From NCBI GenBank assembly GCA_965649825.1, contig OZ287709.1, positions 434,001-498,000 of the forward strand: a stretch of DNA of 64,000 nucleotides. The letters are read 5' to 3'. Positions 37,478 to 50,545 of this stretch are shown here, piece after piece; position 1 is the stretch's first letter; the number at the start of each line of letters is the position of its first letter. The DNA is from Penicillus capitatus (Eukaryota > Plantae > Chlorophyta). Position numbers and translations under genes: made by a program. The notes under the pieces were generated by a model that searched no databases, was not told the origin of the DNA, and saw only the letters and a list, made by a program, of their open reading frames with translations.

Positions 37478-40400
37478 CTACTGGTTTGTTGTTTGGTCTT
37501 CGGCCTCCCGCTGCAGATAGGACTTCGATCCGAAAAAACTCAAGATCACGGGAAGAAAAACAAGACCATGCCAAGCACCGGCAATGACGACAGCAAGAAT
37601 TGACTTAAAGAAGGTCACCAGAACATATTGCCCGGCAAAGCTTAGCGCTAAGATTCCTAGAAGCGTCGTAAAGGCGCCGGAAGCGACTTCGCCGCCAATG
37701 CACATGAGTGCACCCTTTGCTCTTTCAACGCGATCCCCTTCTAGAGTGAGAAAAGAGTGAGCGATATGAGCCGAGTAATCAACGGCAATTCCGACGGCCA
37801 TAACGAAGGTCACGGCCGAGGCAAAGTTTAAGTATAGACCGATAGACGACATGCAACCGAAGAGCACGATGTCAGTCAGCGCTACCATACTGACGACGAA
37901 TGCCGCCGTGCGGATACAAGTCAGCACAATAACATTCATGACAAAAACGCCGATGCCGATGATGATCACATTGCGGATGGTCTCCCAAGCAATGGCGCGG
38001 AGTCCGTCAAAGAAGAGAAAGGTCTTAGAGAAAGCGATGGGATCAAGAGACGGTGCGGCATCTTGAATCGATGCCCTTATGCTATCTAGCAACTGGATAG
38101 ACTGCTTCCCATCCACAATATCCACACTAGATACCACAATTCGTGAAGAGACGACGCGAAGTCCAGCCTCTTCACTAAAGACAACATAGTCCTTGTAAAA
38201 GACGCCCGGCCCATCTAGGTATTCCTTGAGCCACCTATTGAAGGCAAATGCATCTGGAGCTGATCCAGCAACGAGCTGCTCAGCGTAACCCGATTCCGTT
38301 TGCAACCATTCTGAGTATCCCTCATACCTACAGACATGCACGATCCTGTCAGAGAGCGCGATGGACAGCGATGGTCTGCACCAAGAGCGAACAGGTGGGA
38401 CCACGTAAGGATTGGAGTCGATGGCAGATTTGAGGGCCACGAGTTCATGCTGGTGATAGAAATAGTCCCCTTCTGTCGCCTCCTTTGTGAAGACGGAGAA
38501 GAAGACCTGGTCTCCGTAGAAGTATTCCGATTCTAGATCAAAGGCCATCTTAAGAGGCGATTCATCTGGAGTAAACATGTCGATGTAATTGAAATCCATC
38601 TTGACTCTTGTGCATCCATAAATGGAGAAAAGAACGAGAAGACACTCGATGACGATCACGCTGATCCTTCCAGAAGGAGAAAGAGTGACGTACGGAATGT
38701 AGGTCCCAAAAAGCTTTGTCGAGAAGTTCGGGGCAGTTGGATCGAAGTCTCCGGCTCCAAAAATCTTTCTCCATGCCGATCGTTGCTTCTTGGCATCGGA
38801 GTTCGACGGTGGCGTGGCATTCTCTTCCTGAGCTGGAGAGGGATCGCGGGGCAAAACTGCCATCTCTTTTTCTCGTTCGTTTTTGGCCTCGTGCATGTCG
38901 ATCAAGCTCTCTGCGTAAGGATTGTCCTGGAAAAAGCATCTCAGTCCATAAGCGGGGCTGCCGTTTCGATATCTCGATTCTCTTCGGGCATCGAGAACCA
39001 AAAACGCCATGAAGAACGTCACCTGATAACAACACCAGATCTGCCTCCCCTCTCAGAGATATATGAGACGCACCTGGAACAGAAAATCGAAGAAGATCGC
39101 TAAGGAGGCGTATACAGCAAAAGCACGCATGGCTGGAAGGGTCGTGTATAATCCCAGGATCAATGCACAGCAGTCCGTTGCAGAGGTGACAAATATGGAA
39201 GCTCCAGCGTGTTCGAGCGTCTGCGAGATTTTTTCCACCACTGGCAAATCGTATTGCATTTTCTGATAGGCTCCAATGAGCACGAAGGTATCATCGAGCC
39301 CCAAACCGAGGATCAAAAAAGGCAGCACCACCATCACCATATTGAACTGCAGTATCCGTATTGGCACTGAGCATCGAGGCATTGTCGATTACCTTAACTC
39401 CGAAGATCTGAGCGATACCGTATGCAGACCACAGAGAGAACCCGATGGCCGTCAGAGAGGCAAAGGATAGATGCATCTTGCAGGCAAGAGAGCTGTTCTT
39501 GTAGAGGACGACATTCGTGTAGCATGTGACGAGCAAAAACCCTATGACCAGTAAACCGAGATCCTTCCATGCCTGCTCTTCTGTTGCCTTCTGAACGGCA
39601 TTCCAGTCAGCGACATAGCTATCGAGGAGCATGGTTTTCGAGATCTCTCTCAGTCGATCGACGATGCCTTCGATCCATTCCTGAGATTCGGGATCGATTT
39701 CAGCACCATCGACCTCCACCTGAAGGAGCACCGGGTATGTGTGGACGGAATGAAGAATACTGTACGCACTCTATCGTACTCGTACAGCAGCGTCATGGCA
39801 AAGCTCTCGACGTTGCTGGAGCGTTCGATATCGGGTTCACACGAAGGATCTCTCGGTTTTCCCAAAAATGCATCCACCTTCAGCTGCAGATCAAACCGAT
39901 CCAGCAAAATCTCTCCTGCGCTCATACCACGTCATCCTCGCGAGTGCACTCGATGCTGACCTACCTACTTCTGTTGATATCTTCCAAAGGATTGAAGTCC
40001 TCAGCAAAGATGATCTCCGGGTCGTAGTCCCACAGATCCAGAATGCTCGTCAGCTGCACGCAGACAACAGGTGTGATTTCTAGGGGGTGTCTAGGAGAGG
40101 CCTTCTTACGATGCAAGAAGCGTTTTGTGAAGGTCTGATACAGATGTCCTCCAAACGATATGGGACGTCTTTGTACCAGACTTCTGTATCTCGTATCTCC
40201 TCATAGACTCGATAAAATTCTTGAATGCTCTGTCGAGCGACGGTGTCATTTTTTAGCAACAGTCTTCCTTCGCAGCCTTGTTCGGTGATGGAGTGAGGAT
40301 TCCTGATCGAGAGCACTCTTGCCTGGGCAGATGTACGGCGTTTCATAGAATGCATCGACTGCAAAGAATTACGCGTTCGCCATTGGACGTGTAGTACTGC

Positions 40401-40737
40401 TCGACGTAGGACTGGTCGGCGAAGGCTTTGGCGTCGTCCGGCGTAAAGAGATCATCGCCATCGAGCTCGGTTTCAAACTTTGCGTACAAGACGACTGCCC
40501 AAATCAATGCAAAAACCGTCGTGACGCAGATGACAGAATACGGCCTGTTGCTCAGAATGACGGCCCACCGACGGAAGCTGTAGGAGATGCCTTCAAGATA
40601 AGAACGTCATCGAGCTAGCGTCGATGCTTAGACGATTTACTCTTGTTCACCGTCGTGCTTAGATTATCCAGACACGCTCTGATGGAAACGAGAGGTGCAG
40701 GAGTCCTTTTGCTCTCCGCTGTGTCTGCTGTCGCCAT
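37478..40737 (-). CDS. Patched/NPC1-related RND sterol-sensing-domain membrane protein
   Basis: FLILGLGLDDTF and GIAVDYSAHIAH motifs, GASIFVTSATD, multiple TM helices; start MATADTAESK at 40737. Confidence 0.9.
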
Positions 40738-40873
40738 CGTAGTGAACCAGGGTTGGTGAGATTAAGGCAAGGCACCGGAAAAGAACTGCTCAAAAGTTTT
40801 CGGCTTCTTCTAGACAATTGTTGAGAAATACCTTGTAGCAAGACGACGAAGACGATCAGATACAGCTCTTCTT

Positions 40874-41600
40874 TTATAAGACGGCGGATACGCATGACGT
40901 TAGGGATCGTCGCGATTTCTTCGTCTCGATAGGGAGACAGCGCACAAGACAGTCATAAGGCGCTGAAAGCAGGAGAGTTTTCGGCGGAAGACAGTGCAGT
41001 GGTGTAGGTAATGTCAAGAGACGTCGGTGGTACAGCTCCCCCGTCCGACGAGACATGCGAGTACTCCGTCCGCCAATGTCGTTTGCTCCACTTCATCCAC
41101 TCTGAGTGACTCTATTGGTTCAAGACAAACGAGATCTGCGCAGTGGCCGCGGATTGGCGTTGCAATACATAACAGCGGTTGAACATGGTCGCTTTTCCTT
41201 GCCCCACGTGGCAATGGCCAAAACGTCGTAAAACCGTCTGTTCGGAGCAGGACGCCGGAGAGACAGTCATCTTGCCCCAATACTCTGTCCTCGGCCTCTC
41301 GCCCTTCCGACATCTGACGTATCGCACTGTCGCCGAAGCGTGTGCGTAGCTATTTGGTTGGCATCTGAGCGACACATCTCGTCTGCACTTGTGCCTCATC
41401 ATCGAGTAGACGGTACAGCCACAGCGTGCCTCGTGCTCTGTCAGGTCTTCTAGCGTCGACAGACATCAGTCCCTGTGCGGGCAGGCTCGAGGCTATACAA
41501 GCTGTGTTTCTCTCGTGGGTTATCGTCGTCGAAATCTCGCAGTGTCGATAGTCGGAGACGGTCAAAGAGACATCATAGGCATCACACTGTCTTTCAAAAT
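40874..41600 (-). CDS. Hypothetical protein, unresolved exons
   Basis: Adjacent minus-strand open frames with plausible splice sites; no motif. Confidence 0.3.
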
Positions 41601-41716
41601 GTCGTTCATCTCATTCAGCACCTACTCAATCAAGTCTCTGGTACGCGTCTGTCCATAAAGAAGCCCAGAATCAAAGATCGAAAAAAATCACACGATCAAA
41701 ATATGACTGGCAGCGC

Positions 41717-43761
41717 TCAAGTGCGTCCGGATGACGATGTCAGCAAGTGCACAGTCTGTCCAGCTCTCGTTCGCGAAGCCCCTCTCCCTTGACATTCCAA
41801 ATCGTCCAAGTAATCTGTTTTGACGTCCCCTGTCACGTAGACTCCAGTAAAACACGATGCATCAAACTGACGAATGGACGGATTCAGCTGGTGAGCAACA
41901 CTCAGCAAATCGTCAATGGTCTGATAGATAAGGCCGTCTGCTCCAAGGACCTCCCGAACCTGTTCTTCTCCCAGTCCGTTCGCCACAAACTCTTTCTTAG
42001 ACGGCATGTCCACCCCATAGACATTTGGATACTTCACAGGAGGCGAAGCGCTGGCGAGGTAGACTCTCTTGGCGCCGGCTTTTCGGATCATGTCGACAAT
42101 TTGAGACATCGTGGTGCCTCGGACGATGGAATCGTCGACCAGCAGAACGTTCTTTCCGTTGAAGACGACCGGCATCGCATTGAGCTTTCTTCTGACGGAC
42201 ACCTCTCGTAGCTTCTGATCTGGCATGATAAACGTCCGTCCCACGTAACGATTCTTGACCAGTCCTTCACGGTATGGCAGATTCAGCTCAGAGCAAACTT
42301 GAATCGCAGCAGGGCGAGAACCGTCCGGAACTGGAACGACGATATCGATATCCCATTTCATCTGACTAAACAACCAAACACCACAATGTGCACACAAGTA
42401 TACACGATGACAAGATCGAGAAGATACCCTACCGTATCCGTTTGGCCAGTTTGGAGCCGAGAAGCAGCTGGAAGTTGTAGACAGAGATGTCATTGAGGAC
42501 AGAATCTGGACGAGAGAGATAGATGTATTCGAAGAGACAGGGATAGCATCTTCCCAAGACGCATCTCTTCGACAGCAGTTCTCCATCGGGTCGAATGATG
42601 ATCATCTCTCCAGGACGGACATCTCTCACGCGTTCAAACCCAATGGGCCCAAACGAACAGTCCTCCGAAGCAATGCACCACTCCTTTCCCAACGCCGATT
42701 TCCGAGATCCCAGCACCAACGGTCTGATTCATGCTGCATTGGCATTAGAGGAATGGCGAGAGGATTCGAGACCTGATTCCGTACGGGTCCCGGAAAGCGA
42801 CGATGCCGACATCCATGATGAGTGTGATGCAGGAATAGGCGCCTTTGATGAGTTTCATCAGAGAGGCGCCCGCCTCGAAGACCGTATCTATCTTTTCGGC
42901 ATCTGTTATCTCTTTTTTGTTCTGCAAGGCCGCCGCCACATCTTCGCATTGCTTATCATAGAGACAGGAATGTTACCTGTACCGAACTGTGATGCGCTCG
43001 GTGGATCTCGTCTGCCAAGACGTTCAACAGCACCTACATCCGGGCACTTCTCTTGAGCCATAGAGCGATCCTTGATGTGACTGCACTTCTGAATCGGACT
43101 GTGTGCGCAGATGTCGGTGTAGGTAAGAGTCTGAACTTGCGAGATGACTTCTAAGTTCTTCTGCATTGATGAGATTGCCATTGTGAATCAAATAGATACC
43201 GAACGGTGAATTCACAAAAAACGGCTGCGCCTCTTGCGCAGATGTCGATCCTGCCGTCGGATAACGTACATGTCCGATGCCACAGCTCCCAGTCAATCGT
43301 TCCAAAATCGCTCGGCTGCTGAAGACATCCTTAACGAGGCCATTGTTCTTGTATTCATGGAAAGTTGTCCAGTCCGTCGTCACCATTCCTGCGGAATCCT
43401 GTCCACGATGCTGTAGCATGAGCAGTCCTTCATATAACTCGACATTTGATGATCCCAGGTGTTTGAAAATGGCAATGATTCCACACATCCTCGTAACAGA
43501 TCTACACAACTCCGGTGATGATTGTTCGAGACAGAGCGCATCACTGGACCTGGTGCGGTTTCGTGAAGACAAAGGGGTTGAAAAAGAGACATGGTGAAGA
43601 GAGAGTGGCTGTCCTTGTAGAAAACGCGTCGGCCGAGAGAAAGCGTCGCCGGGAGTCCGACGGAGGACCCGAGGACGGGAGCGGGGACAATGTGGAACGC
43701 ATTCCAAGGGAGGCGAGAACGCGGTGCATTGCAACAGATGGGGTTGCTGCACCGTGCGCAT
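41717..43761 (-). CDS. PURF: Amidophosphoribosyltransferase (plastid PurF/ATase)
   Basis: Transit-like leader, then MCGII; QHRGQDSAG; GHVRYPTAG; HNGNL; CLFEYIY; LLVDDSIVRGTT; ASCFTGVY. Confidence 0.96.
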
Positions 43762-44499
43762 GGTGTCCAGTGGATGGACCTCAAGCGTCGACTTTTGCAC
43801 TTGGCCGCGTTTTCGAGAACTGGACGTCACATCAAGAGGAAGAGGATTTGAGAGCGCGAGCGGGATGTCCAACGCACAACGGACGGTGGCGTTTTCGAAG
43901 AGAAGGATATGAAGAGACGAGCCAGCGCCGAAAGAGAGACAGATGGTTGACCAGACAAAACGCGTGACTGTGTCTCCCGTTTAACGAGATTGCGCCTTGC
44001 ATGAGGTAAAATGTCCGCCAAGGCATTGGAAAGTAGCTTGGGGACAGATAGTGGAGGTAAGGGCAGAATCTACAGGCCCTTTCGTGCTGAAGCATAGAAT
44101 CGCGAAAACATAAGAGTATGTATGTTGTGTGAGCAGACATTGACGCGTACGCCCGTTCGATTGGTATCGATTCCCTCCAGCGCGCCGAGAGTGATGAAGT
44201 AAAGCTCAGGTCACACGTTGAAGGCATAGTGGAGCTGTGTTGAATAGATTCGGAGCGATATATCCAGGGGCAAAACGATGGACCCGACGAAGAGAGCACT
44301 GTTGGTCAACAGGTCCGATTCCCCAATTGCTGGCCGCCGCCGCCCTTGACCACTTCTTGTCCACAGGGATGGATTCGATTACGCGCAGCGAACAATGGTA
44401 AAGAGTGTAGCGAATGCGTCTGCGGATAAACGAAGACATCAAGGAGCAGCGCGTCCTCTTCGTCTGAAAGTGTGATTGTTCTGAGGACGGATTTGTGTG

Positions 44500-45864
44500 A
44501 TGGTTCCGTTACAGCCAATTGAGATGCCGACTCCGAAGAAGGAACTCGCCGCTCAACGAGCGCTGGCATCTTTGGCGGCGGAGTCGTTAACGTCTTCCTC
44601 TTCGCCATCGTTATCTTCAGGAAAAAACAAGGTAGCAGCTCCCATCAGGTGGCTGGACAATTGTATCCCTTCTCAGAGTGACACAGTTTCGCCCGAATCG
44701 TCTCAGTCGCGGCGCACAAGTGCGACATTGGAGTCGAATAACATCTCTGCTTCGAGCAAAAAGGCGATGGAGGATCCTGCGCCACTTCGGGATCGGGACG
44801 CTCAGCGTTGGGCGGATACAAATGGACGAGAAACGCCTACTGCGACCAAAGAAATGGCAGACGACCAAACGCAACTGTCACAATCGACGCATCGCCAAGA
44901 GTTTGAGGAATGGACGAAATATGTCTTGTCTGACGTCGAGCACAAGTGTCGAGCATGCGAGCTCGAAATGACGCAACAATTCGAACGCTCTGCGGCGAAT
45001 CTGCGACAACGTCTGCAGGAGGACATCCATAACTGCGAGACAAGAATGAGTGAATTGGTTCGTAAGTGTGAACAACGGATACAACAAGCCATCGCGGAAG
45101 CAACGGAGATGCGATTATCGGAGAATGGACCCATGGATGCGATGCACGAGCGACTTAAGCAGGAGTTCGCCAAGCGTATGCAGTCCATGGAAACAACGAC
45201 GCACGATCAAATTCGCCTGATCCGTGAAGAACAGCAAGAGGAGAAGTCGGTTCTGACATCACTGCTCGAAGAAAGAACGCATCAGCTACAAGAGCAGATA
45301 TCTTCGCTGAGTGATCGCAGTAGAGAGGCGACGTTTGTACCTCGGCAGAAGCCAGACGACGAAACAGTCGCTCCACCAGCGCCATCGCGAAAAGTGGACG
45401 ACAGACCTGAACCTCAGCCGGCAAATGGCTCCTCCTGCAAGGGTCCAAATGAAAGGCAACCTTCGTCCAATGCGTCAAAAAAGCCTGCCGTGGATTCGGA
45501 CGCTACAGAGAAGGTCCACTGGGAGCGAAACAGACCTCCGAGCACAGACCAGAATATCGGGTGTCATCCCAGTATAGACTCCATTCAGTACATGAAACGT
45601 CGACTGCCGCACTTGCTTAAGTCTCTCGAGCAGCAGCTACGTGAGTTCTTCCTGGAGATGTCAGACGATACAGAGACAGCGCTCGATAGCGAGATTCCTC
45701 AGCTACACAGGACAGAAAGCAAAAATCTGACAGAGGAATCGGATCCACTGCCGACGACTAGACCTAAACGCGATTGGATGGATGAGCAAGCACGATTGAC
45801 AATCATCGCCTCGCAGTTGCTGAGTGCTCAGAAGAGAATAATCAAACAGAAGAGGTGCAGCTGA
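44500..45864 (+). CDS. Hypothetical coiled-coil / low-complexity protein (~454 aa)
   Basis: Single long ORF rich in E/Q/R with helical periodicity in the middle. Confidence 0.7.
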   Translation: MVPLQPIEMPTPKKELAAQRALASLAAESLTSSSSPSLSSGKNKVAAPIRWLDNCIPSQSDTVSPESSQSRRTSATLESNNISASSKKAMEDPAPLRDRDAQRWADTNGRETPTATKEMADDQTQLSQSTHRQEFEEWTKYVLSDVEHKCRACELEMTQQFERSAANLRQRLQEDIHNCETRMSELVRKCEQRIQQAIAEATEMRLSENGPMDAMHERLKQEFAKRMQSMETTTHDQIRLIREEQQEEKSVLTSLLEERTHQLQEQISSLSDRSREATFVPRQKPDDETVAPPAPSRKVDDRPEPQPANGSSCKGPNERQPSSNASKKPAVDSDATEKVHWERNRPPSTDQNIGCHPSIDSIQYMKRRLPHLLKSLEQQLREFFLEMSDDTETALDSEIPQLHRTESKNLTEESDPLPTTRPKRDWMDEQARLTIIASQLLSAQKRIIKQKRCS

Positions 45865-46389
45865 AGTGCCGCTTTTTTGAGCCCATTGGCGTTCGGCATG
45901 GCATTTTAGGGCATTTCTGGAGAAGACCTATGCAAACCTGCTAAGGTTCTGCTCAAGTGCCACGTCGATTGGAGAAGGAGAACAGAGGGCTCTCTGTGCT
46001 GCTCTGTGGAAGTATCTGGAATTCGCGGCGATGCAATTGCGCCGTGAGATTCGCCACTTCGAATGTCTCGATGAGCAATTCCGCCTCGATTGTCGACGTT
46101 TTTTTCGCCAAATGCCGACGCCAAGAAACGACCTCGCAGACACGAAGATGCCTCTTCGGTGGATAACCACATTTTTCCAAGTTCTGAGAGACATGCAGCC
46201 AAATCTATGATCCTTTTAGATGGCCTCTCGGTTATCCATTCCTACACCACGCCTTCTTCTCAAACGAGCGATTTCGCTCTGCATGTTTTCGTTTTCGCAA
46301 TGCACGCACTCTATATCGTTTTCGCGTGATGCTTATGGTGTCGATGTGCGCGATCGTACAGTGTAAGGAAGGTGTTTCTGTCACACATC

Positions 46390-47031
46390 ATGGTGTCATT
46401 GTCAATGCTACCCCGTTTCAGCCGTTTACGACGTCGCATCGACGCGGATCGTGATATTCTCGTGCTCCGTCTGTCGCCTTGTGTTCCTCTCCGTTTTCCT
46501 CGCGATGCGTCACTTCATTCCTCGAGCAGAGTCCGTCCCTCTAATGCAAGGGCCAGACATCAAGAAGAAACCCAGCATCTCCCTGTTCAGACGTTTTATC
46601 GACGAAAAAATTCTGGGAAAGTGCGCAGCTCAACGTCACTTCATTCCGACAGCTCGTATAAGAGAGGGGGAGGTTGTAGGTTCGATGGACAAAAGCTCTC
46701 CGCTTTGAATGACTTCCTGCTGAATTCCACATCGAACGAAGTTCCCCATATCTTGACGAGAGATCTTACCAATCGTTCTACAGACCCGCCTGCTGCGACT
46801 CGCATCTGTTGCGGATGTAAATCTCCTCTGTCATCATGTGCTTCTCTGCCGATGACGAAAAGCATGTCGCGTTTCTCACTCTTTGCAGCCCTTGTCACTC
46901 TTTTGGTGTTTTTAGGAGAAACGGTGAGACAAGCAGTGTTGACGTGCTCCTTTGCATCACCAATAACGGATTCTGAAGAAGAGCCGAATTTGTCCTCACA
47001 GAGCAGCAGTGATCGTGCCTCTCGGTCCTGA
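46390..47031 (+). CDS. Possible hypothetical protein with one TM segment
   Basis: ~213-codon ORF with FSLFAALVTLLVFLG; competing minus-strand ORFs, so the coding strand is uncertain. Confidence 0.25.
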   Translation: MVSLSMLPRFSRLRRRIDADRDILVLRLSPCVPLRFPRDASLHSSSRVRPSNARARHQEETQHLPVQTFYRRKNSGKVRSSTSLHSDSSYKRGGGCRFDGQKLSALNDFLLNSTSNEVPHILTRDLTNRSTDPPAATRICCGCKSPLSSCASLPMTKSMSRFSLFAALVTLLVFLGETVRQAVLTCSFASPITDSEEEPNLSSQSSSDRASRS

Positions 47032-47289
47032 GCAGCAATAACCATCACTCACTCGCAATCGACCTCAGGGCTCTTCAGAGATTCCAGTGAAATAAGACAT
47101 TCTTTGAGCTTCCATTACCCAAAGCTGACGATGAAGCTTAGATTATCTGAGAGTTTTTTCCAGTCTTGTCAAAACACCAAGGTTGCATGGGTAGCATTAG
47201 AGGGTTTTTGAGCTAGCAATTTCCAATGCTTCTAGATTGCATCTTTCTTGGTGTGTCGTCCTTGTCGTTGTCGTCATCATCGAAAATCG

Positions 47290-49975
47290 ATGCAAAAGTG
47301 GATTCTTAGATCGCCTCTGGGGGCCAAACCCATACCGTGTCGCGCACTGCCCATTTCGAAGCGAAATGCACAAGTCGCGAAGCTACGTGCCCAGCCTCGC
47401 GCACAACCCCGTCGTCGCCGACATCTTCCTACAACGCATATCGTCCGAGCGGAATGGAGAGGGAGGACGTGGAAACGCAACGCTACGGAGTTTGCCGCCG
47501 AGTCTCGCGTCTCCCAAGATCTCGCTTTTGCAGCGGGTAAGGTGCGACGCGATGTTGACCGCCGTGGTCAGAGTCGTCGTAGGTGCATTTCAGCCGCTTG
47601 GTCCCTCTCCAACACCACAAGGCGTCAATTTCGCTCTCTATTCGCGTCATGCTTCCTCTGTGACGCTCTGTCTGTTCACCGCCGAGCGTCAGCCGATCAA
47701 AGAATACACACTAGATCGGCAGGAAAACCGAACAGCGGACAATTGGCATGTGGAAGTGAAGAATCTCCCGAAATCGGGAATTCTCTATGGGTACAGAGTG
47801 ACGGGTGACGGAGGATGGGAGTCGGGAAATCGCTGGGAGAAGAATCGCATTTTTCTTGATCCGTATGCCCCTCTCGTCTCGGCCCGGGAGAAATTCGCTG
47901 TCCGAGATAACCGCGAGGCATTTGAGCACAAAGTGCGTCAGAACGCGTGATCCGATACAGACCTAACCGCACCATACTTTGCATGTCATACATAGGTGGG
48001 GAGTCAGTTTCTGGGGACATTTGATTTCGAAGCGGAGCCTTACGATTGGGGAGACGATGACAAGAGACAACGCATTGATCAAAAAGATCTCGTCATCTAC
48101 GAAATGCCTGTACGTACATTTACAGCCGATCCCTCGAGTGGTCTCGACGAGGGGGAACGCGGAACGTTCCAAGGCGTCACCAAAAAAGTGTGCCCGTCTC
48201 ATGGATGGATGGTCAGGTTGCACCCTGTCAATGTTCTCTTTGCAGATTCCCCATTTGGTCAGCCTGGGCATCAATGCCGTGGAACTGCTTCCTGTATTTG
48301 AGTATGATGAATTGGAGTTCCAGCGTTTCAAGAATCCAAGGGATCATATGGTGAACATCTGGGGATACTCACATCTCAATTTCTTCGCTCCGATGAGCCG
48401 CTTCGCAGCGAACGGAGAAGGGCCAACGGGAGCGGCTCGACAGTTCAAAGACATGGTTGCCGCGTCGGTCGTCTCTTGGGATTCCTCTTTCGGGACTGAC
48501 GGTTGTGTCTGCTATCCAGATTCCACAAAGCCGGGATCGAAGTCATTCTCGATGTCGTCTACAACCACACAGCTGAATCGGATGACAAGACAGCCTATCC
48601 CATTTCTTTCAGGTCCGTCCGTCAGTGGCTTCCGAAGCCAGTCCCTCGTGCCACGAGTATATGAATGTATGGTGTTGGCAGGGGGATTGATTCCAGAGTG
48701 TATTACATGACAGATACGAATGCCTTCGTGCAGTTGATCAATTACAGTGGATGTGGCAATACCGTCAATGCCAATCATCCTGTGACCACTCAGCTCATTC
48801 TGGATTCGCTTAAGCACTGGGTGCAAGAATACCATGTCGATGGCTTTCGTTTCGATCTCGCCAGTTGCTTGTGTCGCGGTCGGTCTTCACCTGTCACATC
48901 ATTTATGTCTCTCATGCATGCTTTTGATTTCAGATGATAAGGGCCAGCCAATTGCAGCACCTCCTATTATACGCGCCATTGCCAAAGATCCCGTTCTAAA
49001 GGACTGCAAGCTGATTGCGGAGCCCTGGGATCTGGGAATGTACCAAGTGGGACAGTTTCCCAATTGGGATCGATGGTCCGAATGGAACGGTATGTATCGC
49101 GACGATGTGCGGCGTTTTGTCAAAGGAGATGGGGGAATGAAGAAGGCATTGGCACAGAGACTCTGCGGCTCATCCGATCTCTACCAAAACAACAATCGCA
49201 AGCCCTTTCACTCTATCAACTTCATCGTCGCCCACGACGGCTTTACTCTCTACGATCTCGTCTCCTACAATCAGAAACACAACGATGCAAATGGAGAGAG
49301 CAATAATGACGGTAACAATGACAATCTCTCGTGGAACTGTGGAGCGGAGGGGGACACGGGAGATGAAGGCGTGCAGCGATTGCGCCAGAAGCAGATGCGA
49401 AACATGATCGTCGTTCTGATGCTCTCTCAAGGAACGCCAATGATTTTGTGCGGAGATGAGTATGGACACACGTGCCACGGCAACAACAATTGGTATGGGC
49501 ACGATTCACAAATGACGTGGTTTCAGTGGGCGAAGCTGGAAAATGGCACTGGCAAAGATCTGTTTAGATTTACATCCGAAATGATAAAGTTCAGAAAACA
49601 ACATCCGTCGCTGGGACGCTATGAATTTGTCGGGTGAGCAGGCACAAGATATCTATACCTATGCTTGCCGCCATCGCATTTGTTAGGGAGAGTGATGTGA
49701 CGTGGCATGAAGATAACTGGGATAACGAAGAGAGTCGCTTCTTGGCGTTTACATGGCATGATGGAGAGGGCGGACAAGAGTTGTACTGCGCTCTCAACGC
49801 ACATGCGTTTTCCATCCAATGCCATCTTCCACCAGCACCACATGGAAAGAGATGGTGTCGTATCGTGGATACCAATCTGCAACCTCCTAAGGATATCACA
49901 CCTGGAGGGAACAGTGGCGTGGAACCTGTCTACACGATCGAAGCGTTTTCAAGTATTGTGCTAGTGGCCAAATGA
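47290..49975 (+). CDS. ISA3: Isoamylase, ISA3-type starch debranching enzyme (GH13)
   Basis: [62 protein letters not shown]. Confidence 0.93.
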
Positions 49976-50545
49976 GCCGAATCAGCCAAATGGACGTTGC
50001 AAATGCATCCATGTAAAGAATCTTGACGTCGCGTCCTGTCATTTCACGTCGCCTCAGTGATTGAATGACGTGTGGGGTCACGATCATAAGGGCGCATCGA
50101 GATTGTGCTGACGGGCAAGGCCAAATGTCCAGACGATGGATCGGATACGCTTAGCTGAAAAAGGGGTTCTCGCGTCATAAGACGGGTGGCTTCTCGTTTC
50201 CTGTCTTCCATTTCATTCGACGATCCGTCTTCTGGCGGTTACAGGTCGTCACATCCTTGCTTTCAACAGAACGCGGGATCAGGATTACTCTGACAGATGG
50301 CGTTGCCTTGGCATTCCGTTGTGTCTGTACGGAATGAATTGTTTTCCATCTGGCCACAGGCTTCATCTCTCTTTCGGCCAACGCAGACGAGATCTCTGTC
50401 TGGTCGAGGTGTCTTTTGGTCTTGCATCCTTCCAAGAACGGGGATTAGCATCTCCTTCATTTTCTGTACGACGTGGTCTGTCCATTCGTGTCCCATCTGA
50501 GCACTCGACAAAGTCTTGTTGGGCCAGGCTCTATTCACTCCGATC

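Noticed and set aside
43950-44470. Small gene between PurF and the coiled-coil gene
   Set aside because: Competing short frames with no recognisable product; may be UTR or promoter sequence.
46508-46647. 14-nt direct repeat cgtcacttcattcc 126 nt apart
   Set aside because: Too short and isolated to separate from chance or a local duplication.
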